A program made the position numbers and the translations under genes. DNA of 64,000 bases from the NCBI GenBank assembly GCA_964035545.1, contig OZ037771.1, positions 3,297,628-3,361,627 of the forward strand, given 5' to 3'. The notes beneath the pieces are model-generated. The model did no database searches and was not told the origin of the DNA. It was given only the letters and a program-made list of their open reading frames with translations. How positions within the stretch are numbered: the stretch's first letter is position 1; every line of letters begins with the position of its first letter. Of this stretch, positions 37,726 through 51,300 are shown one piece after another. The stretch is from Bugula neritina (Eukaryota > Animalia > Bryozoa).

Positions 37726-39363
37726 CTTTGCTGTGTGGGGAATGTATTATTTGGAAGTCAAAAGCTGAAAGAATATAAAAGTAACTCAAAAGCCTGTTTT
37801 ACATGTTATAAAACAAATAAAAGAACAGGTATAAAATTATAGCAATCCACACCAGATTTTGCATAAATAGAAGACAATTGCAATGATAAAACTAATATGC
37901 ACAACATTACCAAAAAGGAGAGAAAACTATAAGACAAACTGAGTTGCATAAATACTTGTTGGAGAAAAGACGTGAATAAATACGATGCAAATGAATTAAA
38001 ATTCAGATAGCTCATCGTGGTTTGATTATTACAGCACTAAGCAATTGGGCGCTTGAAATTCAAATAGAATGCTATTTTTTACTTGGGAAGATTTATCAAT
38101 ATTATTATTCTCAGCTATGTCTAAATTTCTGCAATTTTAATGCAGGTTTCTCTTAAATCAAAATTTAAAAAAATTATTTACATCAATAATATTAAATTTA
38201 ATATAATTAAAATTATAAATATATTCAATTTACCTATTTATATTGATATTCATATTGACTCGTCAACCTCAACCTGGGGAAAAAATAAGATCAGTTTTAG
38301 TTTAACTTTAAGTTTAAGACTGAGATTGGGAATAAAACTTCAATTTAAATTTGAAGTAAAAATTCAAGCTCATAACTAATAGTAATACTATTAGTATTAT
38401 TCTTTAAGTTTAACTTCAAGTATTAGTATTACATTTTGATTTACTGTTACACTTACTGTTAGTTACTAGTAATACTAATATTTAATTGTATATTCATACT
38501 CGCAGTCAGTGTCACTTCATCATGATTAGAATAAAATATATAAATGACAAATATGTAACAACATGGCGCAGCCGCAACAGTTTTAGCTACTTAATAAACT
38601 TGCCTTAATATTTAACAAAACATATACTATAAGAATACTTGTGTACGACTCATTGAATAAATTCTACGAGAACCGACTTCGCCACGGTAAATTGAACGCT
38701 TTTGCACCTACAGGAAATACGGGCACTTGTTGCAGGGCGTAAATGTGTCAAATTACATTCAAATGAGTAGATAACTCTGAAACCTACCGATAAATCAAGT
38801 GATGATAGTTTAACAATTGTGTTACTAAGCTGGAAGGAGAGTTGCTAGACTACATAGACTTGGCTAAATAAAATCTGTACTGTCTACATGCATATTTTAT
38901 AGTTCAAAATGTATTACTTTAGCTGTCTTAATGAAGACTTTAGCTCTCTTAAAAAAGAACAACTTGAATTCAAAAGATGTGTGAATTCAGTCTATAACTA
39001 TTGCCAGCATAATATAATGATATATCATGCATTTAGGGCTAACCCCAATCATCAAATGCTGTGCTTTTCAAGTATAACTGCCAAATTAAAATACAAAAAT
39101 TTTATTAGAACTATATCAGAAAGCAGTGCATTGACAGTACAGTTCAGAACTGTATCTCAAAAGACAAAGACTCAACATACTATGAGAATAAACAAGATCA
39201 ACTAGTTTTATATTACAACAAAATGTTAAAATTATACACAAAACAAGATAGCTTCCGTAGCAGCCAGATACACATATTTGGCCTTGACCTTGGCCCAAAG
39301 AGTAGAGGGTGTGACAACAGCAGGTGAAGTGATATATGCATGTGATATGGCTGTTGGTGCCGT

Positions 39364-42300
39364 TTATACTGGCGCCAAAGCTGCTGCCGCCGGTGTTACT
39401 GATGCTGTCACCGGTGTTACTGGTGCTGCCGCCGGTGTTACTGGTGCTGCCGCCGGTGTTACTGGTGCTGCTGCCGGTGTTACTGGTGCTGCTGCTGTTA
39501 CTGATGCTGCTGGCACTGTGGCAGCTGATGGAATGGTGATAGGGGGTACGCTGTCAAACATGTCCTGCTCTACAGGCTTCCTCACCCACTTGCCATATCC
39601 CCGAGCTTCAAGATTGGAGTAAAGGTCCCTTTTCACCTCCTGAAAATATCCACACACATGATATTTGATCTGCTGCCAGAAATCTGGTCAGAAAATGATT
39701 GGAAGTTTACAAGAGAGTTTCTTGAACCAATAAGTAGTGATAAAACATGTAAGTACCAATATTTAAGGTGACAATAAATTTTATCACTGTAAGAACTTTG
39801 TCATTTTCTATAAAAGGTGTCTAGAAAATGTGCAGAATGTGTTCTAATCACAAAAAAACTGTTACATTTCGAATATTGGGGTAGAAATCATATCTCAATC
39901 AAAATACTGATACAGGAAATACACAGAGCCAATTACCAACCTGGTATTGTACGGCTTTGTCTTTAGCAGCAGAGTAAATGTCCGCCTCAGAGCTTACAGC
40001 AGTCTTTTGCACTTTCCTAAAAATCAATGACTGAACAGATATTTTGCAAAATTATGCAACCATTTATTAATTACAGTATAACTTGATTATATGATAAATA
40101 TTTTGCTAATCATACTGAATCTACACTCATTGCCATGGCCATAGCCATTAGTTATATTACAATACTTTATATTATGATTGCATGCAACTTTAGGTAATAA
40201 AAGTATTTAGCTAATGGTAACCATATTTAGAGTGATCTATTCAAGAAATACGAAATAAAAAAAGAGAAGACGAAACCTAATTACCATCAAATGCTTACCT
40301 GAACTGAAGAAACAGCATTTTCTTAGATAAGCTGGAGTAGCTGTTGTCAAAGCAGATACCAGTTCTAGTGGTGAGTATTTCTGAGATGTCATCAGTTGAA
40401 AGCCACACAATCCTACAACAACAACGTTGTATTAAATGTGGTAATAAATGATTATGATATGAATCTCAGAGATTCAATGAAAACTATTAGTGAAAAATAC
40501 AAACAGGTATTGAATTAAATGTGGTAATGAATGTTTGTAAGACAAGTTTAATGATCCTAATGAGTGAAAAAATTGGTGAAAAAGAAAACAAATTTTATGA
40601 TTTTAAACAGTGGACACGTTCATTCTTGAAAGTTACTCGGATGAATCATTCAAAATCATAAGGTTATAAAACAGACCTGGGTGAATGATATGTGGCAAAA
40701 AGCAAACTAATTAGTAATCAGCATCAAATTGTATTTAGTTTTCATTTTTCTTGCTTACAAAACTTTTCATCACATCTTTTAAAAGTTCAAATTTTTCATC
40801 GCTGTTGCATTGCACAATATTTAAAAAACGCAAGCTAGAGATGGTTACACAGCAAATTATACGTGAACTCAGCATTTAGAGACAATAATAATGCCTGGGG
40901 TACTTTCTCATATGTAATGAATCATAGGGCAGACAACTCACGAGTAGGTGGGGGGTTTGTGAGTGTCCCGAGGTTCAGGCATTACTGTTCCAATGATCTC
41001 TGGGCAATGATGTCTGTATGGAGCAGGTAGCTTCTCAATGAGCTCTAACTCATTAATACGGCCTTTAACATCAATAAAATAGCAACTGTAATACACAAGC
41101 TCATACTTGCAGACAACACACATATGAGCTATAGAGCAGGTGGGTGTTTACAAAAGGAACAATTACAGATATATTTCAGTTTAGTCACCCTCAAAACATT
41201 AGATACATGACAGCACAAATATCTCAACAACAAAATGTCTCAACAACTTCAAATCAAATCCTCCATAAATATCCAGTATTAGTTTTCGTTCATTCACAAG
41301 TTTTCACTGATCTTGTATATTTGTATGTGTTGCTAGCGAACATATTTACAACTGAAAATATACTGAAGTAAGGCATACGTTGATTACTTCAGCATATTGA
41401 AACATGCCTAGACTATGGGCTTACAACAATCACCATAACTATTAGGTTGGCCACCAGAAATAGCTGCTGTTATATACAGACAGCCAAGAGCTGTTGATAA
41501 ATTTCAAAGACTATCAAATATCACATTCTAGTATGTCATGGAGTACAAATAGACTGGCAGCTAGTATTACTGTATATTAGTTCAGCTATACGAGCTGAAG
41601 GCATGTGTACAATATAATAAACAGATGTAATGAGATACATACCATACAGCCCTCTGTATATATGAGCCTGATTAAACATGCTAGCCACAATGATGCTGGA
41701 GAAATAGACAGGCTGTATCAGCGTACTCAGCAGTGACCCTGTAAGTATTTCATACAACTATCACATAATATATACCTGTATATGTTTATATGTATATATG
41801 TATGTATGTAGGTATATATGTATGTAGGTATGTATCCATAACCATAACTGCTGCTACTCAGCAAAAAACACAATTTGCTAGTACACTGCATACTCACAAC
41901 CTTTAGGTATGCGACATCACGTTAAATCCATTATTCTTATAGAAATAAAAATAACAAACTGTTCTTGAAAACGTGTCGAGTAAATTTACAAGTTTTGAAC
42001 ACAATTACGATCATAAAATACATATCGACCTCAAAGTAAAATATATCAAATATTGACCACTAAGTTGAAAGTCTCTCCTACCTTGAAACCCGAGGACGGC
42101 CCACCTAGCCACCTTGTCACAGCAGGACATGTTCAAGTACCTGTCTCCAGATGCTATCCCATCTAGCACCTGCACCACATTCATTTCCTGTTCATTCACA
42201 GGCAGTGTACCTGTAACAACAACACACACATACTACTGTAAGTGGTGAATTACCTGTAGCAACATACACGTAGGTGGTATACTGTGAGAGTCAAGTGTAA

Positions 42301-45300
42301 ACTATAACTTGTGTACTAAACAACATACATAAATTCAACAATCAATAAACTATTTCGAAAATCTTTTTATAATAAATTGAGTAGTTGAAGTATTGAAGAT
42401 CTCCAACTGGTTATATAACATTTATAAGGATTTACACCATACATTTCCTATTAAGATAGTCAATATAATTAGGCATTCACTATTAAAAACTATTTTACGA
42501 ATTTCATGGTGCATTTCAATTTTTAATGAGAAGACAACTTCTATATATTATGAAAAATCTCTGGTAATAACTATCCAAAAAAGAACAGCCTAGTTACACA
42601 TTGACAGTCAATCACAAACTAGGAAGGTATAATGTAGAACAATCAGGAGGATAAGTACCCTGTCCAGTTTCCATCTTGACCCTCAGTTGACCCCTGCTAG
42701 CTCTCAGAGGATTCGTGTCGATGTTCTCAGATGAACTCTCGCCCTCCTTCAACAAACTGGAGGTGAAGACTCGAGAGTCTCCACAAGGAGGGGAACTTAT
42801 ATACAAGTGAAACTTCACTCCATCCGCCAACTTGTACGGAGCTCCGGAAGGATCTAGAACAGACACGTGAGTGGTACAAGTGACTAGAAACTATATGAAC
42901 CACCAGATTGTTTATTTGAATTACTAATTTATTTGACCTACTAATTTATTTGAATTACAAATTTATTTGAATTGCAAATTTACTTGAATTACTAATTTAT
43001 TTGAATTACTAATTTATTTGAATTACTAATTTATTTGAATTAACAATTTATTTGAATTACAAATTTATTTAAATTAACAATTTATTTGAATTACAAATTT
43101 ATTTGAATTGCAAATTTACTTGAATTACCAATTTATTTGAATTACAAAGTTATTTGAATTACTAATGTATTTGAATTACTAATTCAGCAAAGAACCTGAT
43201 CTAACTTGTTAGTCAAATGCTGTCTGCTACACTAGATTTGATCAAAGAGACCAAAGAGCTGACTGACACCAGAAACACTCACCATTGTTGACAGGCACCA
43301 GGATACTGGGCTGTGAGGCCTGCACCAACTCAACCTGCCTATACAGATATTTCTTCATAGCTCTTCTAACCAGAATCTCAGCGTGCATGTCATTGACTGG
43401 CAGACCAGAGGTTGCGATGAACTCACCGGAAATACATTTCGTACCTGTATAAGACAACCCTAGCTAGTAATATCCTAGATAATTCAGGGTTATACTCAGA
43501 TATAAGACAACTCCATCTAGTAATACCGAAAATACTTCAGATTTGCTATCAAGCCTCATCTGGTCAAGAGAATGATATTACAAGGTTCCAAGTAAGCAAA
43601 TATACAGTGCATATATCTGCTTTTCAAAAACACTGTTAATAAAAAGATATATAAAGCTATTATAGTAAAATCCCAACATAAAACAATACACAAATCATAT
43701 ATTCAAAGTTCTACAAATAGTTTCGAAGAATTAGTTCCAGGGCTACAGCGCAACGTCTACAGGCAGGTCACTTGACACAAACCTGAAGCAACTGCGAGCA
43801 CCTCTGCGGAGGTGAGGTCATCATCTCTGGTCATCACACAACCTGCCAGAACTTTCTTGGCGTGGAACTGAGAGCCGAAAATCGCCATCAGTTCACCATA
43901 CTTCTGCACCACCATGCGTTGGACCTGGCAAGAAACATTGTATATAGAAAGTCCATACGTAAGTAAATGTTACGAAGTTATATGGTAGACCTACTAAATG
44001 TGTTGTAGAGTTTATAGAGGCTCTACTGTTTATTATATGAGAATGCTGAATAAATCCCATCTCTCTTAGCAATTACGGTTCATAGATAGTTTATCACATT
44101 TACCCTAACGAAAAATAGTTGACAAGAAATGAACTCCTGCTATTATGTAATAAAATAAAATCAGGAGTTTACTAGATGAAACATGACTCCTACGGTAACT
44201 AACCTTAGTAGAAAGAGATTGATGGTCCAGCTTTCCAATATCCCCTCTCTTCATATCTGCAGCTGTCTTGGGAGAACTAAAATCCCCTGTCAAAAGAAGA
44301 TATAATGTTATTAAGAGAAGATATCTGCCAGCTATTGCCATAAAATGACCACCCACCAACAGCATGGAAATACGCTTTAATAAAAGTCATCAGTCACTGT
44401 CCTTTGCATAATTTTACTAAACCGTGCACCAAACAGTGAGCTGTGACCACACATAGCCTGTATCCTCAGTTGTTTGTGCAGCAGATGCTGTCCATGCAAC
44501 TGGAGCACCTGTTTGGCTCTATCACTTTCAGTAGAAGGTGGCACTTGGCAGATGACACATGTCAGTAACTTGACTCTTTGCACAGTGACCGACATGTGAC
44601 ACCAGCAGTCAGTGCTACTTTAGTAAGTGCAGTTGCTGCTGTTTGCTGCACACTGGGTGCTATGAGAGCACAGTCACAGAGCGCAGTAAACATGAACACC
44701 TGTAAATACAGAAGTTGTTAGCAAAAAGAGTTTTAAAACCCTACAGGATATGAGAATTTATTCTGTGAAAAACTTGACTCCCTTCCTCTGCCTATCACTA
44801 CTACAGGTTCTAAATATATCTAGGTGGTTTGGTTTCAATAGGTCATACAAATAGCATTGTCATGGTCATATACATTTAAATGTTTCCCATAATTCTAGAC
44901 GGTTTGCTTTATTTTTTATCCATTCTATCTGAAGAAAACACAGTGTTCACGAAATAACAAGTTTTCCACCAACCGCTTTTGACTCTGGAACCAGCAGTGG
45001 AATTTAAATTCAGAAATATCCATAAGGAAATGAATTAAATGTTTTATCTGCTAGAGAAAACTTTTAACTTAGTTGTTTCCAAAACAATGCATGTCAAAAG
45101 TAAAAAACACCCAATTGAAATTATTTTACAAACTTCAAAACTTATTCACGGAATAAAAAGCTTTTGTTTTATGAGATTTCAAACAAAACTGTTTATTATT
45201 CAACAGAATTCAGGGAAACTATACAGGAATGCCTCATTCAAAGTTTTTTTTGTAGGCTTTGCTATTAAAAAACTGAACAACAAGATATATTTCTTCTGTG

Positions 45301-48300
45301 TGGTGTCTAATCACAGAGGAAATAAGCCAAGCTTTAAATAGAACAGATTTCTCATTCCATTGTAAATACTCCACTCATCTTACTGATTAATGCCGGGCAG
45401 AACTCTCTCAAATAGAGTGTTTAGAAACTAGCAGTTTTCACCCTCCGTCCATCCTGCAAAATAATGACTAGAAATGACAACACATACCTAGAGGCAGCAG
45501 TAAGCAAATAGAACAGCACAGTCTTTATCTGGATGACTAGCGAAATTATGAAACATGTAACTTCCTAATGTTAAATGCCACAAAACTACTTGATATAAAT
45601 AAAAACCATAAGGAGAAATCCTAATAAAACTTCGACTTTTTTACAAAGAGAATTTTACTTTGTTTAATAAAATTAATTTAACAAGAAAAAATTAAATTAT
45701 AAGTAGATGCAACGGAAAAGAGAGAATATTAGTGGTAACAGAGAAAGAATAACTGATGTAGAGGAAACAATGCAATGGTTAGAAGAGCATTGAAAAAGAT
45801 GAGAAAACTCCTGAAAACATCAAATGTACACATTACGAGGGAAATACAATCAATAGAATAAAACACAAAACATCCATAAATATCCAACATTATTTGTATA
45901 GGGTAAGGATACAGTGAGGGGGTAACATACCTAAATTAAACTTATGCCCGTACACCTCCACTAAAATCACAGCCGCACAGTTGTGTTTGGCGTGCATCTT
46001 ACTTTTACCAGAGCCTTGGTATTCCTGCAACACGAAGCACACCATTCAGCATATGAAATGACATGAGCTTCCTGTACATCAGGGTAACAAAACTAAAAGG
46101 GGTTTATAGTCGCTATCCCAGTGAGGACCTCTGATGGAAAGGGGTTTTTGTAAGTGGTCTAATAACTTGTTTTCTATTATGGTACAGGAGCAATTATAAC
46201 TGAATGCTCTTCCTAACATCACCAATCGTACTTACTAGAATGTGTTTATTAAGCCATCAATCTAAACCTAGACCACAGAACAGGTTTAAAAGTTCTGCAC
46301 AAAAGGAGAGAGACGCTATAAACTTATAAACCTATATTAGTGCATCTAGTTTAGTCCAACTCACGTGTCCGTCCACAGTAGCCTTGGCTAGGAAAGTGTT
46401 ACCAACTCCTTGTGAACCCAGACATGTCACCTCAATGTTGATTTCTTTATCGACTTTCTCATTCAATATACTCATTGGTGTCTTCTGCAAACAAAGAGAG
46501 ATCCTTGTGAACATTATACGACACATCAGTTGATATTATACAACTCATCAGTTATTATTGTACACAAATCGACAAGAAATATGGTCAAACAATATTTTTA
46601 TATTTAAATCCCAAAATCACAAGTAATCATTTTAAGCTGAGATTCTGCCATTAGGAGACGACATGCTGGCGAGTGGACAGGAAATGAAAAGAGTAGAGCT
46701 TACCGGACCATCTGGATGCAGCACCATTTGGGCCTCCAGCGCTTGTCTAGCAACTTCCTGCTGGGCTTCCGCCGCTGACTCAGCAGCTACAAGTTATAAC
46801 TCAACGTCTTAATTGGTAGACAACACAACAGTACCTCTGAGAGGTACGCAAACAGTGACATGACACAACGTTGACTTGTGGGGCATGTCAAGTATAATCA
46901 ATATCACATTATATGACTACCAGGCTAGTTGCCATATATGGTACTCCAGCAATTACAAAATATAGTGCATATCCACTCGATCTATACACACAAAGATCTC
47001 TAAATATGTTTTAATGTAGGCCTAATTGATAAACAAAAAAGAAGTATTGCTAATATTAAAGTTTCATTACAAATACTATGGGATTCAATAGAAATTTTTA
47101 CAAAATCTCAGAGATTTTATAATGAAAAGGCTTTAATACCCATTCCTTAGCCTACATGAATACGTAGTGTAGACACTCACACGTGGCGCTGTACACTTTG
47201 TCACCGTGTGTGAATGTAGCTTTGTAAAGACTGCTTCCTTCAGATTCAGTCACCTCATACGGTATTGTCTTTTTCTTGAACATTCGCTTGAACTTGGCCA
47301 TTATTGGATTCTGGGGAAAGGCAAAGACAGCATAAATAAATGAGATTAAGAAAGATATGCCTTTAAAATCTGATCGAATTTACTGAAATATTTGCCAATC
47401 TATCTACTGATCACACTCCCTGCCAATCTATCTACTGATCACACTCCCTCCTAATCTATCTACTGATCATACTCCCTGCCAATCCATCTACTGATCATAC
47501 TCCCTGCCAATCTATCTACTAATCATACTCCCTGCCAATCTATCTACTCATCACACTCCCTCCCAATCTATTGCACTCACTCACACAGCTTAAACCACAA
47601 CACCCCATCATATCACTGCATCACAGCACCAGCATATCAAATGCTGGAGACAGACAGACAGAAAAAAGAATACCTGAACAGGTGTAGACGGAGCAGACGT
47701 CAGAGCACTGTTCTGTAAAGCACTGTTCTGTAAAGCACTGTTCTGTAAAGCGCTGTTCATAAGAGCAGCTGAAGCTTCTTCCTCAGTAGCCCCTACAAGT
47801 TTAAGTTGTATGAAAAACTCCCAGCCAAGTGACTTCTATTTTTCAGACAGTCCACAAACGTTCAGTTTAAAAAAATTCAATTCACAAATGATTAATAATT
47901 GCAAAACAGTTTTTGAAAAAAAATCCTATCAACTATTTATAATTTTTCATGTAACATAATTGTAAAATATTTTCTTTTTGTTTTATCACCTATGTGCTTA
48001 ATTAAATTAAAAAGATATTGTTTTACAAAGTTGTAAACTTCAAAACACAATGTAGAAACGGTTGATCATCCACATTATTTCTAGAATTGACAATAAATTA
48101 AAAACTTCAAGAGTCTGGTTACTTTAAGGTAATTACACTCAAAGCCAGAAAACTGTACACATTTCAAGTTCTACTTATCTTTTATATACTCACACTTTGA
48201 ACAATGAAAATATTTTTGACATTCTAAAAGATACGTCCAACAGAGTCACGGCCATCAAAATAAAGTGCATCTTAAAACAAACCAGTTTCAGTAATTGTCT

Positions 48301-51300
48301 GCCCATCAATGGTGGCCGATGCTTTATAGATAGGAGAGTCCTGGGAGTTGTCTGTTTCCAAGTTAATCTGAGGATTCCCAAATCTCTTATTGAACTTCTT
48401 GCTGAGAAAAAATGTTTTCGGGGCTTTCTGCAATCGTGAGAAACAAACAACACATCAGTTCAATTTGCACCTGAGATAACTTACCAAACTGCATTTCTAG
48501 GCAGAGGAAACAGAATACACAAAGCTATGAAATTACACAGTAATGAAAACAGGAGACCAGTAAACAAAATTTCAAGGTAAATTGGCTCCAAAAGACTTCA
48601 CAGGAAATGCACTACCAACAGGAAATGCACTAGTGACAGAAAATAAACGACTCACAGGAAATAAACTACTGACAAGAAATGAACTACTCACAGGAGCCGG
48701 AACGTGATGAGGATGGATAATGCTGGCAGCAGAAGCAGCCAAGATCTTCTGGCAGATCAACGCCTTGGCTTGTTTCTTGTTGCTACCTACAGATGGACAA
48801 TAAGACCATTACTACAGTTAAATATATACCATCAGCTGCTCCACACTCATAAAGGAAATATATACAGAAGGGATTAAATTCTCCAATATTCTGAATGGGA
48901 CAGCTTTGTCTTTGACAAGGACACTGCTGCCAAAGTACCGAATATGCAACTACACAGTAACTATATCAATTCTTTTATCTGAAACTGCCGGCAGATGTGA
49001 GCTATGAAAAATACTTACTAGACCATTTGGCAAATAGATCATCTACTCAATTAGCCAATTGTGGTGCAGAACCCAAGTATATATTCACAGCCCACAGCCA
49101 AATAATGAATCAGTAGAGCAGCGTCAGTAAATCAAGCAGGGCTACTTTAAAACCACCCTGAAGGTGTTCAAGTTGCAGGAAGCTTTACTTCAGTAAAAAA
49201 AACTACATTTTTAATGAAAAAGAGAAAACCAAGCACTTCAAAATATTATCACCACTGTCTGAGAATTGGACAGGTTAAATGGTAAGAATATCACTTAGCC
49301 CCCACCACTCACTCCCCCAATTTAACTGTGTAAAGCAGTAACTGAAATCTGCACCAAGACTAACCTGTCACTTCAAATGGTACTCCATCAATAGTAGTTG
49401 AGAAGTGACATAAGTGTTGGTTACCTTTAACCTCAATCCTGTGCTCCCATTCTAGCCCTGGCCACAGCCTGCCAACTACAGCTTGCGGAGGTTCAACCTA
49501 ACAATTAGTGGAGTACAAGACGTGTCTACACCCCACCGTGTCACTAACACAAATCAGGCATTCGGCAATATAATTCAATACAAACATGGCTTCTGTACTC
49601 GCTGTTACTGATAAATAATCTCAATGAAAAGGAGAGACTAAACTCTAATCGGCAAAATGGCATGAAAAGCTCACCGTAAACTACTTTGCCCCGTTTTAAT
49701 TATATTCATTGAAAAGAATCATCAAACAAACATGAAATAACGATTTTCCTGTGTTTCTATCAGCATATCATAAGCACACTAAAGGCTATACCATAATATT
49801 TATCTCAGAAATGAAACATTAGGATCTCAGTCTACACAACTACAAAAAATGGCCGTTATACTGATAAGTTGAGATGCAAACAAAAACTGCTTAGCAAGCA
49901 TTCTTATGCCAGCTAAATAAGGGGGTGGTATCCGAGCCTGCCTTCAACAGAACAGAGAACTAAACTAAAACACAACGCAAGACCGAACTGAAGTCAAGAA
50001 GGAAGAAAGAATACCCTTTCCTCAGCAGTTATCTCCCCATTCTCTAAGGCTAACAAGATTTTCTGACAGCATTCCATTTTGCATTGTTTCTTCGAAGCAG
50101 CTATAAAACAAAACATTGTGTGAGAGCGCAACTCCCCTTAATATTAAAAACTTGTACAATATCAATACACAATATTATGGAGCAGCCGTAGTCTAGGGGG
50201 TTAGAGTGTTTGCCTAGTAAACACGAAGTGATGGGTTCAAGTCCTAGTAATGCCCATTGGTGATGTTAGGAAGAGCATTCAGTCATAATTGCTCCTGTTC
50301 CGCATATGCATAAGTCCTTAGCCTGCTTTAAAAACCCCTTTCCATCAGGGGTACTAACAGGGATAATGACTTTAAACTTGCAAAAGTGAGTTTTTTTTTC
50401 TCAATACACTATATTAATAGAGACAGAGTAGCCGGTCTATGATAAATCAGTATCCATTGCCTAGTCTTTGGAGTTGTTCTCCCAGAGATCCTGTGTTACA
50501 GTAGAATACTACACATTGAACAACTCTCTTTGAAAGCCAGTCACAGCCTACATAGCCCTATCACTAAAGGTCAAACAAATCAGTCTGTATAGCTTACTAT
50601 CAAAGGGCAAAACAAGTCTATGAGGTTCACTAGGGAAAGCTGAACAGGCTTTAAACATTTTTTTACTAAAACTGCATGTGTATGAGAATCAGTTGACTGA
50701 CCAGTACTGCTGAACACTTTGTCTCCTATAGTAGTTGTCATGGAGATGAGTGGCTGGTTATTCAGCGTAGCCTCATTAGTCTGCTCCCAGAAGATATTGC
50801 TAAACTTCCTTGACACGAGAGATATTGGGTTGTTAGGCTACAAAAATACAACAACTCCCTGTACACAATCGCAAAAGGAATAACTGAAATCATGAAGTCA
50901 ATGAATAAAACTTGTTATTAAAAATGTACACTGGAAGGAATGGTGAGGGTCTAAGTTGGTAAAACGCAATCAGCACAAACTGTTTCCTTTAATTCTCAAA
51001 CTGTAACAACTTCTCTCTCTTGTCAACAGAATTGTATCTGAATCAACTATATGTTATACATATAAACAAGGTGAGACAGATAGTCATATGTGCCCGGCCA
51101 TCTCCAATAAAACAGAAAATCTGAGAGCTTACGTCATTCCCGCCTTCTGCACTCGGTAAGGTAATATCCTGCTGAGCAGGTTCAGCCACTTCCATAGACT
51201 CAGACTTCACTTTCTCCATATGCGGGGGTTTGACTTTGGGCGGAGGCTCAGCTATACTCCCATTGGCTAGTGCCTCCAGTGCTGAGACACACGCCAAGAA

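Noticed and set aside
39278-39622. Plus-strand Ala/Gly/Val/Thr and Leu/Pro ORFs
   Set aside because: Antisense shadows of the ADAR terminal repeat exon
50179-50250. tRNA gene
   Set aside because: A/B boxes present but no convincing cloverleaf, and it continues into a body shared by three dispersed copies, so called a SINE
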